DNA from: Rhodospirillales bacterium
Lineage (GTDB): Bacteria > Pseudomonadota > Alphaproteobacteria > Rhodospirillales > Casp-alpha2
Length of the DNA: 64,000 bases
Assembly: GCA_017640505.1 (NCBI GenBank)
Contig: JAEPQO010000001.1
Location: forward strand, 262,625-326,624
Direction: 5' to 3'
In this document: piece after piece, positions 1 through 9,814 of the stretch
How positions within the stretch are numbered: the stretch's first letter is position 1
Layout of the letters: each line of letters begins with the position of its first letter
Made by a program: the position numbers and the translations under genes
Notes under the pieces: generated by a model
The model's database searches: none
Seen by the model: the letters and a program-made list of their open reading frames with translations, nothing else
What the model was told of the DNA's origin: nothing

Positions 1-179
1 TTACCGCCGCCGCGCACATTTCGACGCTGGATTACATCGGCGATGTGCCGTGGAACGACCACGAGATCGCCAAGGACTGGTATGCGCGCATCAAATCGCG
101 GCCGAGCTTCCGGCCCCTGTTGTCGGACCGCATCCCGAGCGCCCCGCCGCCCAAGCACTACGCCGATCTCGACTTCTGA
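1..179 (+). CDS. glutathione S-transferase family protein, C-terminal fragment (5' end outside window)
   Basis: Frame 3 reads TAAAHISTLDYIGDVPWNDHEIAKDWYARIKSRPSFRPLLSDRIPSAPPPKHYADLDF, then TGA at 177-179. This is a GST C-terminal-domain-like pattern. No start codon lies in the window. Confidence 0.5.
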   Translation, partial: TAAAHISTLDYIGDVPWNDHEIAKDWYARIKSRPSFRPLLSDRIPSAPPPKHYADLDF

Positions 180-193
180 TTGGCCGCCGCGGC

Positions 194-952
194 TTAGTTG
201 CCGGTCTGAACGTCCATTTTCTCGATGTTAGCGCGCGCGAGCTTCCCGGCCTCGCCGTCCGGGTCGATTTCCAACACCCGCACCCAATCGGCCCGCGCGG
301 CATCGTCATTCCCCCGAAGGCGAAACAGAATCCCCCTCTCCAGCAGCGCCGCCGGGTTATCGGGATCCAGCAGCAACGCCGCGTCCGCGTCCGCCTTAGC
401 CTTACCCAGTTCATCCAGGTAACGATACGCGCTGGCGCGGAACGTATAGGCATCGACCATCGACGGATCGGCGGAAATGGCGTTGGTCAGGTCCTCGACC
501 GCACCCTTGTAGTCGCCCATGGCGGCGCGTGCCTGTGCGCGGTCGACCATCACCGCCGGCTGGCCACGCAACAGTTCGACGGCCTTCGAAAGCGCGGCCT
601 CGGCGCGCGGCGCATCACCGTGCAGCAGCCACGCCTGTCCGGCCTGCGCCAGGATCTGCCCCTTGAAGTCCGGTTCGGCGACGATGGTCTCGGCCAGCAC
701 CTCGAGCCGGCGCGCGGCGAACTCCGCCTGCCCCGAGTAAAGCAGCGCCACCGCGGCACAGTGTTCCGCGGCATCACCGCCGCCCAGCGCCTTCCATGCG
801 GTGGCCATCTCGAAAGCGTCGTCGGGGTCGGACGGCGCCAGCCCCATGCAGCGTGCGTACTCGCGCGCATGATTGAGCTCATCCGCGCGAACCGCCGGCG
901 CGACCAAAAGAACCGCGGTGCAAATCGTCACAAAACGGCTTACAGAGGCCAT
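194..952 (-). CDS. secreted TPR-repeat protein
   Basis: ORF 194-1195. The internal ATG at 952 gives MASVSRFVTICTAVLLVAPAVRA, a signal-peptide-like N-terminus. The body has repeated A/L/Y-rich TPR-like helices (AYTFRASAYRYLDELGKAKADADAALLLDPDNPAAL). ATG 994 is an alternative start. Confidence 0.6.
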   Translation of the reverse strand: MASVSRFVTICTAVLLVAPAVRADELNHAREYARCMGLAPSDPDDAFEMATAWKALGGGDAAEHCAAVALLYSGQAEFAARRLEVLAETIVAEPDFKGQILAQAGQAWLLHGDAPRAEAALSKAVELLRGQPAVMVDRAQARAAMGDYKGAVEDLTNAISADPSMVDAYTFRASAYRYLDELGKAKADADAALLLDPDNPAALLERGILFRLRGNDDAARADWVRVLEIDPDGEAGKLARANIEKMDVQTGN

Positions 953-1063
953 CGCATTCAGCCATGTTTTCGGGTTATACTGCGCATCAAGCATATCCAA
1001 GGCTTCTACGGGCCCGACGGCACTCCGGCAAGCCCTGAGAAATATGTACCGGGAGTATATTGA

Positions 1064-1954
1064 GTGACGAGACGCGGCGGTCCTCGCCTTTTCTGTTTCG
1101 GCATCGGCTTTTCCGCCGAAGCCCTGATCAACCATCTGCCGGTCGCGGAGTGGACGGTCGCAGGCACCGTCCGCGATCCGGATAAGGCGCGGCAACTTCT
1201 AAAGACCGGGATCGACGCACAGATCTGGAGCGGCGAAAAGCCCGGCAAGGCGCTGGTTGCCAAACTTCACGCGGCCAATCATGTGCTGATATCCGTTCCG
1301 CCCGGCGAAGACGGCGATCCCGTGCTGAACGCGGCCGCCGATGCGATCCGGTCGATCCCGTCGCTGAACTGGGTCGGCTATCTGTCGACGACGGGGGTTT
1401 ACGGCGATACGGGTGGGGCGTGGGTCAACGAGACCGCCGACCTGCATCCCTCCAGCGACCGGTCAAAGCGGCGCGTCGAGGCGGAACAGGGCTGGCTTCG
1501 GCTATATCAGGATCACGGCGTCCCCGTGCATATATTCCGCCTGGCCGGGATATACGGACCGGGCCGGTCGGTGTTCAACCAGATCAGGAATAAGCGCGCC
1601 AAACGGATCGACAAACCTGGCCACGCGTTTTCGCGCATCCACGTGGACGACATCGCGCGCGTGCTTGCGGCCTCCATCGCCAAACCGAACCCGGGGGCAA
1701 TCTACAATGTCTGCGATAACGAACCGGCGCCGCCCGCCGAGGTCACCGCGTATGCCTGCGGTTTGCTGGGGATCGATCCGCCGCCGTTGGAGGATTTCGA
1801 CAAAGCCAGGGAACGCATGAGCCCGATGGCACTCAGTTTCTGGAACGACAACCGGCGCGTCGACAACGCGCGTATCCGGAACGAACTCGGCATTAAATTC
1901 AGACACCCCGACTACCGGTCGGGCCTGCAGGAAATCCTTGTCGAGGAAGCCTGA
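1064..1954 (+). CDS. SDR / NAD-dependent epimerase-dehydratase family protein
   Basis: 296-aa ORF with an N-terminal FGIGFSAEAL Rossmann-like segment and LSTTGVYGD, IYGPGR motifs typical of the extended-SDR fold. Confidence 0.6.
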   Translation: MTRRGGPRLFCFGIGFSAEALINHLPVAEWTVAGTVRDPDKARQLLKTGIDAQIWSGEKPGKALVAKLHAANHVLISVPPGEDGDPVLNAAADAIRSIPSLNWVGYLSTTGVYGDTGGAWVNETADLHPSSDRSKRRVEAEQGWLRLYQDHGVPVHIFRLAGIYGPGRSVFNQIRNKRAKRIDKPGHAFSRIHVDDIARVLAASIAKPNPGAIYNVCDNEPAPPAEVTAYACGLLGIDPPPLEDFDKARERMSPMALSFWNDNRRVDNARIRNELGIKFRHPDYRSGLQEILVEEA

Positions 1955-2593
1955 TCAGGTGACGGGTTCGAAACGGCCCGATTTGGAATCGTAAATCTCG
2001 AGCTCGGCGGTTTCGATATTAAAGAACCAGCCATGCAGCTTGAGCGTCTTTTCCGCGATCCGTTCGCGGATCCAGGGGAACGTGGTCAGGTTTTCCAGCG
2101 ACACCAGCACCGAGTTCTTTTCGCACGCGCGCTGCGTTTCCTCGGGCGTTGCGTCCGGCATGGTTGCCAGCACGCGGCGGTGCGCCGACGACAGCATCGA
2201 CACCCACGCCGGCACGAACTGATAGCCGTCCTTGACGACTTCCTGGCCTTTGATCATGGCGTTGATGCCACCACAGTGCGCATGGCCGAGCACGATGATG
2301 TTCGGCACGTTGAGGCCGAGGATCGCAAACTCGAGCGCCGCACTTGTACCGTGAAACGTGCCTTCCTCCTCCATCGGCGGAACCAGGTTGGCGACGTTGC
2401 GGATCATGAAGATATCGCCCGGCTCGGCACGAAAGACGAATGCCGGGTCAACGCGGGAATCCGAGCACGCGATCACGCAAGCCTGGGGCTTCTGTCCCGC
2501 CTCAACGAGTGCGCGAAGTTTCTTTGCGTGATCTTCGGGCATCCCGTCTCGAAAATCGCGGTACCCGCCGAGCATCCGTTCAATTGCATCCAT
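1955..2593 (-). CDS. beta-class carbonic anhydrase
   Basis: CSDSRVDP and GHAHCGG zinc-ligand motifs; 212 aa. Confidence 0.85.
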   Translation of the reverse strand: MDAIERMLGGYRDFRDGMPEDHAKKLRALVEAGQKPQACVIACSDSRVDPAFVFRAEPGDIFMIRNVANLVPPMEEEGTFHGTSAALEFAILGLNVPNIIVLGHAHCGGINAMIKGQEVVKDGYQFVPAWVSMLSSAHRRVLATMPDATPEETQRACEKNSVLVSLENLTTFPWIRERIAEKTLKLHGWFFNIETAELEIYDSKSGRFEPVT

Positions 2594-2595
2594 GC

Positions 2596-3363
2596 CTAAA
2601 CGTTCTCCAGCAATGTGCCGACCGTCCGGGTCAGACGGTCCAGGTCATGGGGCTCTGATAGTCTGTGATCCCCTGCTTTGACAAACTGAATTTCGACATC
2701 GTCGCTTTTGACGTGCTCCATGATTTTATGCGCGGTCTGCCACGGCACATCCTCGTCCCGGATGCCGTGGATCAGCCGGATCGGCATATCCAGGTTGATT
2801 TTTCCGTTCAAGAGAAGATGGCTATCACCTTCATCCAAAAGGGTTTTTCTGATCCGATACGGCTCCTGATCGTCGTAGCAATTGGGAATATCGCAGTATC
2901 CATCCCGGTCCATCTGCTCGAGCTGGTCCGGCGTCAGTGCGGGCGGAATCAGGTCCCGGGTGAAATCGGGGGCCGCCGCGATGCCGACCAGCGCGGCAAC
3001 GCGTTCGGGCCGTGCCAGCGCCGCCAGCAGCATGATCCAGCCGCCCATCGACGAGCCGACAAGGATCTGCGGTCCGTCGGTCACGTTGTCCAGCACGTGA
3101 ACGGCATCGTCGGCCCAGCGGCCGATGGTGCCGTCCTCGAACGCGCCGGACGATTCGCCGTGGCCGTAATAATCGAAGCGGGTGAATGCGTACCCTCGTT
3201 CCGTGCAGTACGCTTCCAGCGCCAGTGCCTTGCCGCCCTGCATGTCGGATTTGAAGCCTGTCAGGAACGTTACACCGGGTGACTTGCCAGCCGTGTGACG
3301 GTAGGCAATCATCGAACCATCGTCGCGTGTCAGAATCTCTGGGTCTTTTGTTTGATCGGACAT
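2596..3363 (-). CDS. alpha/beta hydrolase
   Basis: GSSMGG nucleophile elbow, later D and H residues; 255 aa. Confidence 0.7.
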   Translation of the reverse strand: MSDQTKDPEILTRDDGSMIAYRHTAGKSPGVTFLTGFKSDMQGGKALALEAYCTERGYAFTRFDYYGHGESSGAFEDGTIGRWADDAVHVLDNVTDGPQILVGSSMGGWIMLLAALARPERVAALVGIAAAPDFTRDLIPPALTPDQLEQMDRDGYCDIPNCYDDQEPYRIRKTLLDEGDSHLLLNGKINLDMPIRLIHGIRDEDVPWQTAHKIMEHVKSDDVEIQFVKAGDHRLSEPHDLDRLTRTVGTLLENV

Positions 3364-3386
3364 GCGGGCTCCCGTATTACAGTGTG

Positions 3387-4604
3387 ATGGTCATGAACGA
3401 CACTGCGCACCTTAACACTCAAGACGACGAGATGGCACGTCCGGAACGCCCGGACGGCCGCCCGCCGACCGTGCTGCAGATCCTACCGGCGCTGGGCGGC
3501 AGCGGCGGCGTCGAACGGGGGACGGTGGAGATCGCGGGCGCCATCACCGCCGCCGGCGGCCGTGCGCTGGTGGCGAGCGAGGGCGGTCTTCTTGTGCACG
3601 ATCTCACCCGGGTTCATGCCGAGCACATTTTGCTGCCCGTGGCCTCCAAGAACCCGGTCGTCATGTACCGTAACATTCGGCGAATCGCCGACCTCATCCG
3701 CCAAGAGCGCGTGGATGTGGTGCACGTCCGCTCCCGCGCGCCGGCGTGGAGCGCGTTTTTCGCCTGCCAGCGGACCAAGGTGCCCTTCGTGACTACATTC
3801 CATGGAACGTATTCCATCGGCAACTGGCTCAAGCGCAAGTACAACTCGATCATGACCAAGGGCGAGCGGGTGATCGCCATTTCGGCATTCATCGGCGGCC
3901 ACATCCGGCGTCACTACGGTGTGCCGGTCGAGAAAATCCGCATTATCCATCGCGGTGTCGATCTGGAACGGTTCGATCCCGAGAAAGTCTCCGCCGAGCG
4001 GGTCATTAAACTCGCCAACGACTGGCGGCTGCCGGACGGCATCCCCATCGTCATGCTGCCGGGACGTCTGACCCGGTGGAAGGGCCAGCTTGTCCTGATC
4101 GAAGCGATTGCCAACATGGCGCGCAAGGATATTCGCTGCCTGCTGGTCGGCAGCGATCAGGGCCGCGAGGATTACCGCCGGGAACTCGAAAACCGGATCA
4201 TGCAGCATGGCCTCGAGGAGGTGATCCGCATCGTCGATCACTGCGACGACATGCCGGCGGCCTACAAACTGACCGACCTCGTGGTCTCCGCGTCGACCGA
4301 CCCCGAGGCGTTTGGCCGCATCGTCTGCGAAGCGCAGGCGATGGGCCGTCCCGTCATCGCGACGGATCACGGCGGCGCCAAGGAAACGGTCATTCCGGAT
4401 GTCACCGGCTGGCTGACCCCGCCGGGCGACGCCGACGCCCTGGCCGCGGCGATCCACAAGGGGCTGTCACTCAACGGCCCGGCCCGAAACCAGCTCGCGG
4501 ACATCGCCATCGATCACGTGCGCAAGAACTTCTCCAAGACGCAGATGTGCGACAAGACGCTCGACGTCTATAACGAGGTGCTGGCGGAACAGGGCCGCGC
4601 CTGA
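3387..4604 (+). CDS. glycosyltransferase family 4 (GT-B)
   Basis: ORF 3279-4604, start trimmed to ATG 3387 because upstream of it would overlap the divergent hydrolase. C-terminal E-x7-E-like region (EAFGRIVCEAQAMGRPVIATDHGGAKE). Confidence 0.75.
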   Translation: MVMNDTAHLNTQDDEMARPERPDGRPPTVLQILPALGGSGGVERGTVEIAGAITAAGGRALVASEGGLLVHDLTRVHAEHILLPVASKNPVVMYRNIRRIADLIRQERVDVVHVRSRAPAWSAFFACQRTKVPFVTTFHGTYSIGNWLKRKYNSIMTKGERVIAISAFIGGHIRRHYGVPVEKIRIIHRGVDLERFDPEKVSAERVIKLANDWRLPDGIPIVMLPGRLTRWKGQLVLIEAIANMARKDIRCLLVGSDQGREDYRRELENRIMQHGLEEVIRIVDHCDDMPAAYKLTDLVVSASTDPEAFGRIVCEAQAMGRPVIATDHGGAKETVIPDVTGWLTPPGDADALAAAIHKGLSLNGPARNQLADIAIDHVRKNFSKTQMCDKTLDVYNEVLAEQGRA

Positions 4605-4609
4605 GCCCC

Positions 4610-5560
4610 ATGGCTGCACCCGGCTCAGCACGAAACAATATCCTCGTCATCAAACTGGGCGCACTCGGCGACGTGGTGCAGGCGCTGGGGCCGATGGCGG
4701 CCATTCGCCGCGACCATGCCGGCGACCGCATCTCGGTGCTGACTACCGCGCCCTATGCCGAACTGATCCGCGCCGCGGGCGTCGCCGACGACATTATTGT
4801 CGATGAACGACCCCGCTTCGCCGAATTCGGCAAGTGGCTGGCGCTCAGGAAGTCGCTTCGCAACGGCGACTTCGCGCGCGTCTACGACCTGCAGACCTCC
4901 GACCGCTCAAGCAGCTACTTCCGCCTGTTCTGGCCGGGCGCGAAACCCGAATGGTCGGGGGTCGCCAAGGGCTGCTCGCATCCGCACGACAACCCGAAGC
5001 GGGATTTCATGCACACCATCGAGCGCCAGGCCGAACAGCTCGCCATGGCCGGGATCGAGGATGTGCCGCTGCCGGAGCTTTCGCCGATCACAAGCGACGT
5101 CACGCACCTGAAACTGCCAAGGCGGTTCTGCCTGATCGTCCCCGGCGGCGCCGAACACCGGCCCGCCAAACGCTGGCCGCGCGAGCATTACTACGAGCTG
5201 ATCAAAAAGCTGGACGGCACCGGCGTGGTTCCCGTTGTCTGCGGCACCGAGGCCGAACGCCCGCTGGCTGCCGCGCTGATCGAGGGGGCCATCGCGGCCC
5301 GCAACATCGCCGGCGAAACATCGCTCGTCGACCTCGTCACCGTGGCGAAACGAGCCGCGTTCGCGCTCGGCAACGACAATGGTACGATGCACATCGCGGC
5401 CTTCGCCGGTATCCCGTCGGTGGTGCTTTATTCGGATGCCTCCGACCCCGCGCTATGCGCGCAGCGGGGTCCGGATGTGACGATCCTGAGGCGTCAACCG
5501 TTGAGCGCACTCAGCGTCGACGAGGTTTTTGCCGCCCTGCCCCATGAAGCCGGTTCTTGA
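4610..5560 (+). CDS. glycosyltransferase family 9 (heptosyltransferase-like)
   Basis: ILVIKLGALGDVVQA N-terminal motif and the GNDNGTMHIAA motif of GT9 enzymes. Lies 5 nt after the GT4 gene. Confidence 0.75.
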   Translation: MAAPGSARNNILVIKLGALGDVVQALGPMAAIRRDHAGDRISVLTTAPYAELIRAAGVADDIIVDERPRFAEFGKWLALRKSLRNGDFARVYDLQTSDRSSSYFRLFWPGAKPEWSGVAKGCSHPHDNPKRDFMHTIERQAEQLAMAGIEDVPLPELSPITSDVTHLKLPRRFCLIVPGGAEHRPAKRWPREHYYELIKKLDGTGVVPVVCGTEAERPLAAALIEGAIAARNIAGETSLVDLVTVAKRAAFALGNDNGTMHIAAFAGIPSVVLYSDASDPALCAQRGPDVTILRRQPLSALSVDEVFAALPHEAGS

Positions 5561-5618
5561 CGCTTCGCGCGCCGCACTTTAACTAGCCGCTAAGTTTGAA
5601 ACTCAAGGCATTCGATTA

Positions 5619-7610
5619 ATGGTCGCGATCACTCTCCCGGACGGTTCCGTCCGCAGCTACGACAACCCGGTGACGGGCGCGGAAATCGCCCAGTCCATCG
5701 GCCCCGGCCTCGCCAAGGCGGCGATGGTCGTGAAGGTCGACGGCGAGCTGTGGGATCTCGACCGAACCATCGAAAGCGACGCGAATGTCGCCATCATCAC
5801 CGACAAGCAGGAAGACGATGCGCTCGACGTGATCCGTCACGATGCCGCGCACGTGCTGGCGATGGCGGTGCAGGAACTGTACCCGGACACCCAGATCACA
5901 TTCGGCCCGGCGACGGAAGAAGGCTTTTATTACGATTTCCATCGCGAAACGCCGTTCTCGACCGAGGATTTCGAAGCAATCGAAAAGCGCATGGCCGAGA
6001 TCGTCGACCGTGACGTGCCGATCGTGCGTGAAGTCTGGACCCGAGACGACGTCGCCGCGTTCTTCAAGGAAAAGGGCGAGACCTTCAAGGCCGAGTGGGT
6101 CCTGGAGCTCCCGGACGGCGAAGACATCACGATGTACCGCCAGGGTGACTGGATCGATCTTTGCCGCGGGCCGCACCTGCCGTCGACGGGCCGCCTCGGC
6201 AAGTCGTTCAAGCTGATGAAGCTGGCCGGTGCCTATTGGCGCGGCGATGCCCGCAACCCGCAGCTGCAGCGCATCTACGGTACGGCGTGGCGCAACGACA
6301 AGGAACTGAAGGCCTACCTGACGCGGATCGAGGAAGCGGAAAAGCGCGATCACCGCCGCCTCGGCAAGGAAATGGACCTGTTCCACATCCAGGAAGAAGC
6401 CCGCGGTTCCGTGTTCTGGCACCCGAAGGGCTGGTCGCTTTACCGGACGTGCGAGCAGTACATGCGCAAGCGCCTGGACGCGGCGGGCTATGTGGAAGTG
6501 AAAACGCCGCAGCTCGTCGACCGCAAGCTGTGGGAAGAATCCGGCCACTGGGAAAAGTTCCGCGAGCACATGTTCATCGCCGAAGTGGACGAAGGTTCGG
6601 GCCAGGCCAGCGAAAGCGCGGGCAGCGCGGAAGATGCTGACGCGGCAGAAGCCGAGGGCGGCGTGCATCACCTCGCGCTGAAACCGATGAACTGCCCGTG
6701 TCACGTGCAGATTTTCCGCCAAGGCATCAAGAGCTACCGCGACCTGCCGCTGCGCATGGCCGAATTCGGGTCGTGCCACCGCTACGAGCCGTCGGGCGCG
6801 CTGCACGGCCTGATGCGGGTGCGCGCGTTCACGCAGGACGACGCGCATATCTTCTGCACCGAAGACCAGATCGAGAGCGAGACGAAGATCTTCATCGATC
6901 TGCTGGCCTCGATCTACCGGGACTTCGGGTTCGAGGAATTCACGGTCAAGTTCTCCGACCGCCCGGACGTGCGCGCCGGGTCCGATGAAACGTGGGACAA
7001 GGCCGAGGCCGCGTTGCTCGACGCCACCAAGGCTGCCGGTACGGACGTCATCATGAACCCGGGCGAAGGCGCGTTCTACGGCCCGAAGCTGGAATTCGTG
7101 CTGCGCGACGCCATCGGCCGCGACTGGCAGTGCGGCACGCTGCAAGTCGATTTCGTGCTGCCGGAACGGCTCGACGCCGAATATGTCGGCGAGGACGGCG
7201 ACCGGCACCGTCCGGTCATGCTGCACCGGGCGATCCTGGGCTCGTTCGAACGCTTTATCGGCATCCTGATCGAAAACTTCGCCGGCCGCCTGCCGATGTG
7301 GCTCGCCCCCGTGCAGGCCGTGGTCGCGCCGATCACCAACGACCTGGACGGCTATGCCAGCGACGTCGTCGCGGCGCTTGGTGCTGCCGGCATCCGCGCC
7401 GAAGCCGACCTCAGGAACGAAAAAATCAACTACAAGATCCGCGAGCATTCGCACGCCAAGGTCCCGGCGATCCTGGTCGTCGGCAATCGCGAGGCGGAGG
7501 GCCGCCAGGTGGCGCTCAGGCGCCTCGGCGGCAAGGATCAAGAAATTCTTGCGCTGGAAGAGGCAGTCGATAGACTTAGCCGGGAAGCGCTCGGTCCGCT
7601 TGCCGGATAA
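5619..7610 (+). CDS. thrS: threonine--tRNA ligase
   Basis: 663 aa with a TGS-like N-terminus (ITLPDGS), editing domain, class II motifs ([36 protein letters not shown]) and an anticodon-binding C-terminus. Confidence 0.97.
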   Translation: MVAITLPDGSVRSYDNPVTGAEIAQSIGPGLAKAAMVVKVDGELWDLDRTIESDANVAIITDKQEDDALDVIRHDAAHVLAMAVQELYPDTQITFGPATEEGFYYDFHRETPFSTEDFEAIEKRMAEIVDRDVPIVREVWTRDDVAAFFKEKGETFKAEWVLELPDGEDITMYRQGDWIDLCRGPHLPSTGRLGKSFKLMKLAGAYWRGDARNPQLQRIYGTAWRNDKELKAYLTRIEEAEKRDHRRLGKEMDLFHIQEEARGSVFWHPKGWSLYRTCEQYMRKRLDAAGYVEVKTPQLVDRKLWEESGHWEKFREHMFIAEVDEGSGQASESAGSAEDADAAEAEGGVHHLALKPMNCPCHVQIFRQGIKSYRDLPLRMAEFGSCHRYEPSGALHGLMRVRAFTQDDAHIFCTEDQIESETKIFIDLLASIYRDFGFEEFTVKFSDRPDVRAGSDETWDKAEAALLDATKAAGTDVIMNPGEGAFYGPKLEFVLRDAIGRDWQCGTLQVDFVLPERLDAEYVGEDGDRHRPVMLHRAILGSFERFIGILIENFAGRLPMWLAPVQAVVAPITNDLDGYASDVVAALGAAGIRAEADLRNEKINYKIREHSHAKVPAILVVGNREAEGRQVALRRLGGKDQEILALEEAVDRLSREALGPLAG

Positions 7611-7686
7611 CGCTTTAACGGATTTTTTTTAACAAAACGGCCCGTTTAGGCGGGTCTTTGGTGTAACTGCAACAGGAGATTTTTCC

Positions 7687-8226
7687 ATAGCTCGCAGACC
7701 TGGCCCACCGGCGCCGCCGTCCAAGGATGGACCCCGCGCCAACGAAGATATTCTCGCCGATCCCGTCCGCGTCGTTGACGCCGATGGCGAAATGGTCGGT
7801 GTCATCGGCCTTCAGGAAGCAATCGATATGGCGGCAGAAGTCGGTCTCGACCTTGTCGAAGTGTCGCCGAATGCCGAGCCGCCCGTGTGCAAGATTCTCG
7901 ATTACGGGAAATACAAGTACGAGGCGCAGAAGAAAGCCAACGAAGCCCGCAAGAAACAGAAAGTCATCGAAGTTAAGGAAATCAAGATGCGTCCCGGCAT
8001 CGACGACCACGATTACGAGGTCAAGATGAAGGCGGTGCGGCGGTTCCTGGACGATGGTGACAAGGTCAAGATGACCATCCGTTTCCGCGGCCGTGAAATG
8101 GCCCACCAGGACCTGGGACTGAAGGTCCTCGAACGCGTGCGTGACGAACTCGACGAAGTTGCAAAGGTTGAGCAGCACCCGCGTCCGGAAGGCCGTTTGA
8201 TGACCATGGTCATCGCGCCCAAATAA
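7687..8226 (+). CDS. infC: translation initiation factor IF-3 with non-canonical ATA start
   Basis: The track ORF starts at ATG 7792, but the same frame is open from 7633 and encodes the conserved IF-3 N-domain ([22 protein letters not shown]). The only plausible start is ATA 7687-7689, 7 nt after AGGAGA (7674-7679). Confidence 0.8.
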   Translation: MARRPGPPAPPSKDGPRANEDILADPVRVVDADGEMVGVIGLQEAIDMAAEVGLDLVEVSPNAEPPVCKILDYGKYKYEAQKKANEARKKQKVIEVKEIKMRPGIDDHDYEVKMKAVRRFLDDGDKVKMTIRFRGREMAHQDLGLKVLERVRDELDEVAKVEQHPRPEGRLMTMVIAPK

Positions 8227-8303
8227 TCCATCCTGTGAGAAGTACGTATTCCGTTGCGTGAATGAGACTGATAGTCACATTCACGTAAATGGAATGTGGG
8301 TTA

Positions 8304-8951
8304 ATGCAAAAAATATCAATCTTTCTCGCCGCTTTGCTGTTCATTGTCCTTTCTGTCGAGCAGGTATCGGCATTTGAACGCGCCGGTACTGTTGAGCGGC
8401 AGAAGGGTAACGCAATCAGCACACGGGGCGGTGAATCGGTCGGGCTGCGCGTCGGCAGCACCATTTATGTCGGCGACAAGATCCAGACCGCAGACGGCGC
8501 TCGGCTGCTCGTACGTTTCGACGATGCCTCGACCCTGCAAATGGGCGCGGCCGCTGTCATCGACATCGACGAAATGGTCTACGAAGCCGCCGGCAGTGCA
8601 AACAGGCAGGGACTGAAGTTTGTCGAAGGCGTATTCCGTTATGTTTCTGGCGCGATCGCCAAGGAAAGCTTCACTCAGGTCGCCATTAACACCCCTGTTG
8701 CGACCATCGGCATTCGCGGCACCGATTTCGTTGCCGGGCGCCTGACGGTCGGCATGCCGCCGGGAACCTCGCACTACGGCTATCAGATCCGCGACGGCGC
8801 CATTGAAGTCATCGCACCGGGCGGTTCCGTGACGCTGGATACGCCGGGCGAAGGCACGTTCCTGCCGTTCGGCCGGGTTGCCGCGCCGACGCCGGTGCGT
8901 CAGTGGACCGCCGCGGAAGCGCAGGAAGCCGACAACCTGCTGGCGTTCTAG
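8304..8951 (+). CDS. FecR-domain secreted protein
   Basis: MQKISIFLAALLFIVLSVEQVSA signal peptide, then a FecR-like beta-rich region (GDKIQTADGARLLVRFDDASTLQMGAAAVIDIDE). Confidence 0.6.
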   Translation: MQKISIFLAALLFIVLSVEQVSAFERAGTVERQKGNAISTRGGESVGLRVGSTIYVGDKIQTADGARLLVRFDDASTLQMGAAAVIDIDEMVYEAAGSANRQGLKFVEGVFRYVSGAIAKESFTQVAINTPVATIGIRGTDFVAGRLTVGMPPGTSHYGYQIRDGAIEVIAPGGSVTLDTPGEGTFLPFGRVAAPTPVRQWTAAEAQEADNLLAF

Positions 8952-8977
8952 GCAGGCGCGAAAAACCGTCACACCCC

Positions 8978-9006
8978 TTGCCATTTGGGGACTTCACCGC
9001 TATAAA
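8978..9006 (+). promoter_or_regulatory. sigma70-type promoter for rpmI-rplT
   Basis: TTGCCA (8978-8983), 17-nt spacer, TATAAA (9001-9006). Followed by a ~135-nt leader with hairpin CCGTCGA-GATA-TCGACGG (9014-9031). Confidence 0.5.
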
Positions 9007-9141
9007 CCGCGCGCCGTCGAGATATCGACGGTCGGGCGGTATGGCTGAAAGGGCATGCCTCGCCGCTTGAACCCCCCGGCTTAATGCGCCGGAACGGACC
9101 AACCGGGCCTCAGTGCCCATCAAGATGTAAGGAAGAGGGAA

Positions 9142-9339
9142 ATGCCCAAACTGAAGACCAAGTCGAGCGCTAAAAAGCGCTTCAAGCTGACGGGTACCGG
9201 CAAGGTACGCGCGGCCGTCGCCTTCAAGCGGCACAATCTCCGTAAACGTTCCACCAAGATGAAGCGCCAGGCGCGCGGCATGATGACCCTGTCCCCGCAG
9301 GACGCACGGATCGTCAAGTCGTACATGCCGAACGCTTAA
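9142..9339 (+). CDS. rpmI: 50S ribosomal protein L35
   Basis: [22 protein letters not shown]...; 65 aa; GGAAGAGGG upstream. Confidence 0.95.
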   Translation: MPKLKTKSSAKKRFKLTGTGKVRAAVAFKRHNLRKRSTKMKRQARGMMTLSPQDARIVKSYMPNA

Positions 9340-9355
9340 GCGGAGGAGATTAGTC

Positions 9356-9721
9356 ATGGCACGTGTTACTCGCGGCAAAACGTCGCACGCCCGTCACAAA
9401 AAGGTTCTGAAACTGGCCAAGGGTTATCGGGGCCGTAACAGCACCAATTTCCGTATCGCCATCGAGCGCGTCGAGAAAGGCCTGCAGTACGCCTATCGCG
9501 ACCGCCGTCAGAAAAAGCGGCAGTTCCGCCGTCTCTGGATCCAGCGGATCAACGCCGGTGCGCGTGAAAACGGACTTTCTTATTCGGTGTTCATGAACGG
9601 CCTTTCGAAGGCCGGTGTCGAGCTGGACCGCAAGGTTCTCGCCGATCTCGCCATGAACGAACCGGAAGCGTTTAAGGCGCTGGTGGATCAGGCCCAGGCC
9701 GCTCTCAGCCAGAACGCTTAA
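9356..9721 (+). CDS. rplT: 50S ribosomal protein L20
   Basis: [27 protein letters not shown]...; 121 aa. Confidence 0.95.
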   Translation: MARVTRGKTSHARHKKVLKLAKGYRGRNSTNFRIAIERVEKGLQYAYRDRRQKKRQFRRLWIQRINAGARENGLSYSVFMNGLSKAGVELDRKVLADLAMNEPEAFKALVDQAQAALSQNA

Positions 9722-9725
9722 TCGA

Positions 9726-9800
9726 ACCCCGGGTATTCGGGGGCATCCGAGTTTTGGAACGGGAGTAGCGCCTAGGGCGTTACTCCCGTTCGTGTGTTTA
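9726..9800 (+). terminator. two hairpins between rplT and pheS (putative terminator/attenuator)
   Basis: CCCCG-GGTATT-CGGGG (9727-9742) and a long stem AACGGGAGTA...TACTCCCGTT (9758-9790) followed by a U-containing tract (cgtgtgttt). Confidence 0.35.
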
Positions 9801-9814
9801 AAGGCAGGGTAAAG

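Noticed and set aside
5616-7541. 641-aa ORF antisense to thrS. Similar long antisense or offset ORFs include 9350-10645, 10834-12963, 13493-14782, 16697-18379, 19454-20488, 20594-21421, 21999-23330, 28279-29634, 35337-36530, 38016-38765, 41270-42238, 49581-50633, 54607-56058 and 56643-57656.
   Set aside because: Each lies opposite or out of frame to a gene with clear family motifs. Their translations are R/A/G/P/H-rich with no recognisable domains. High-GC genomes generate such stop-free shadow frames.
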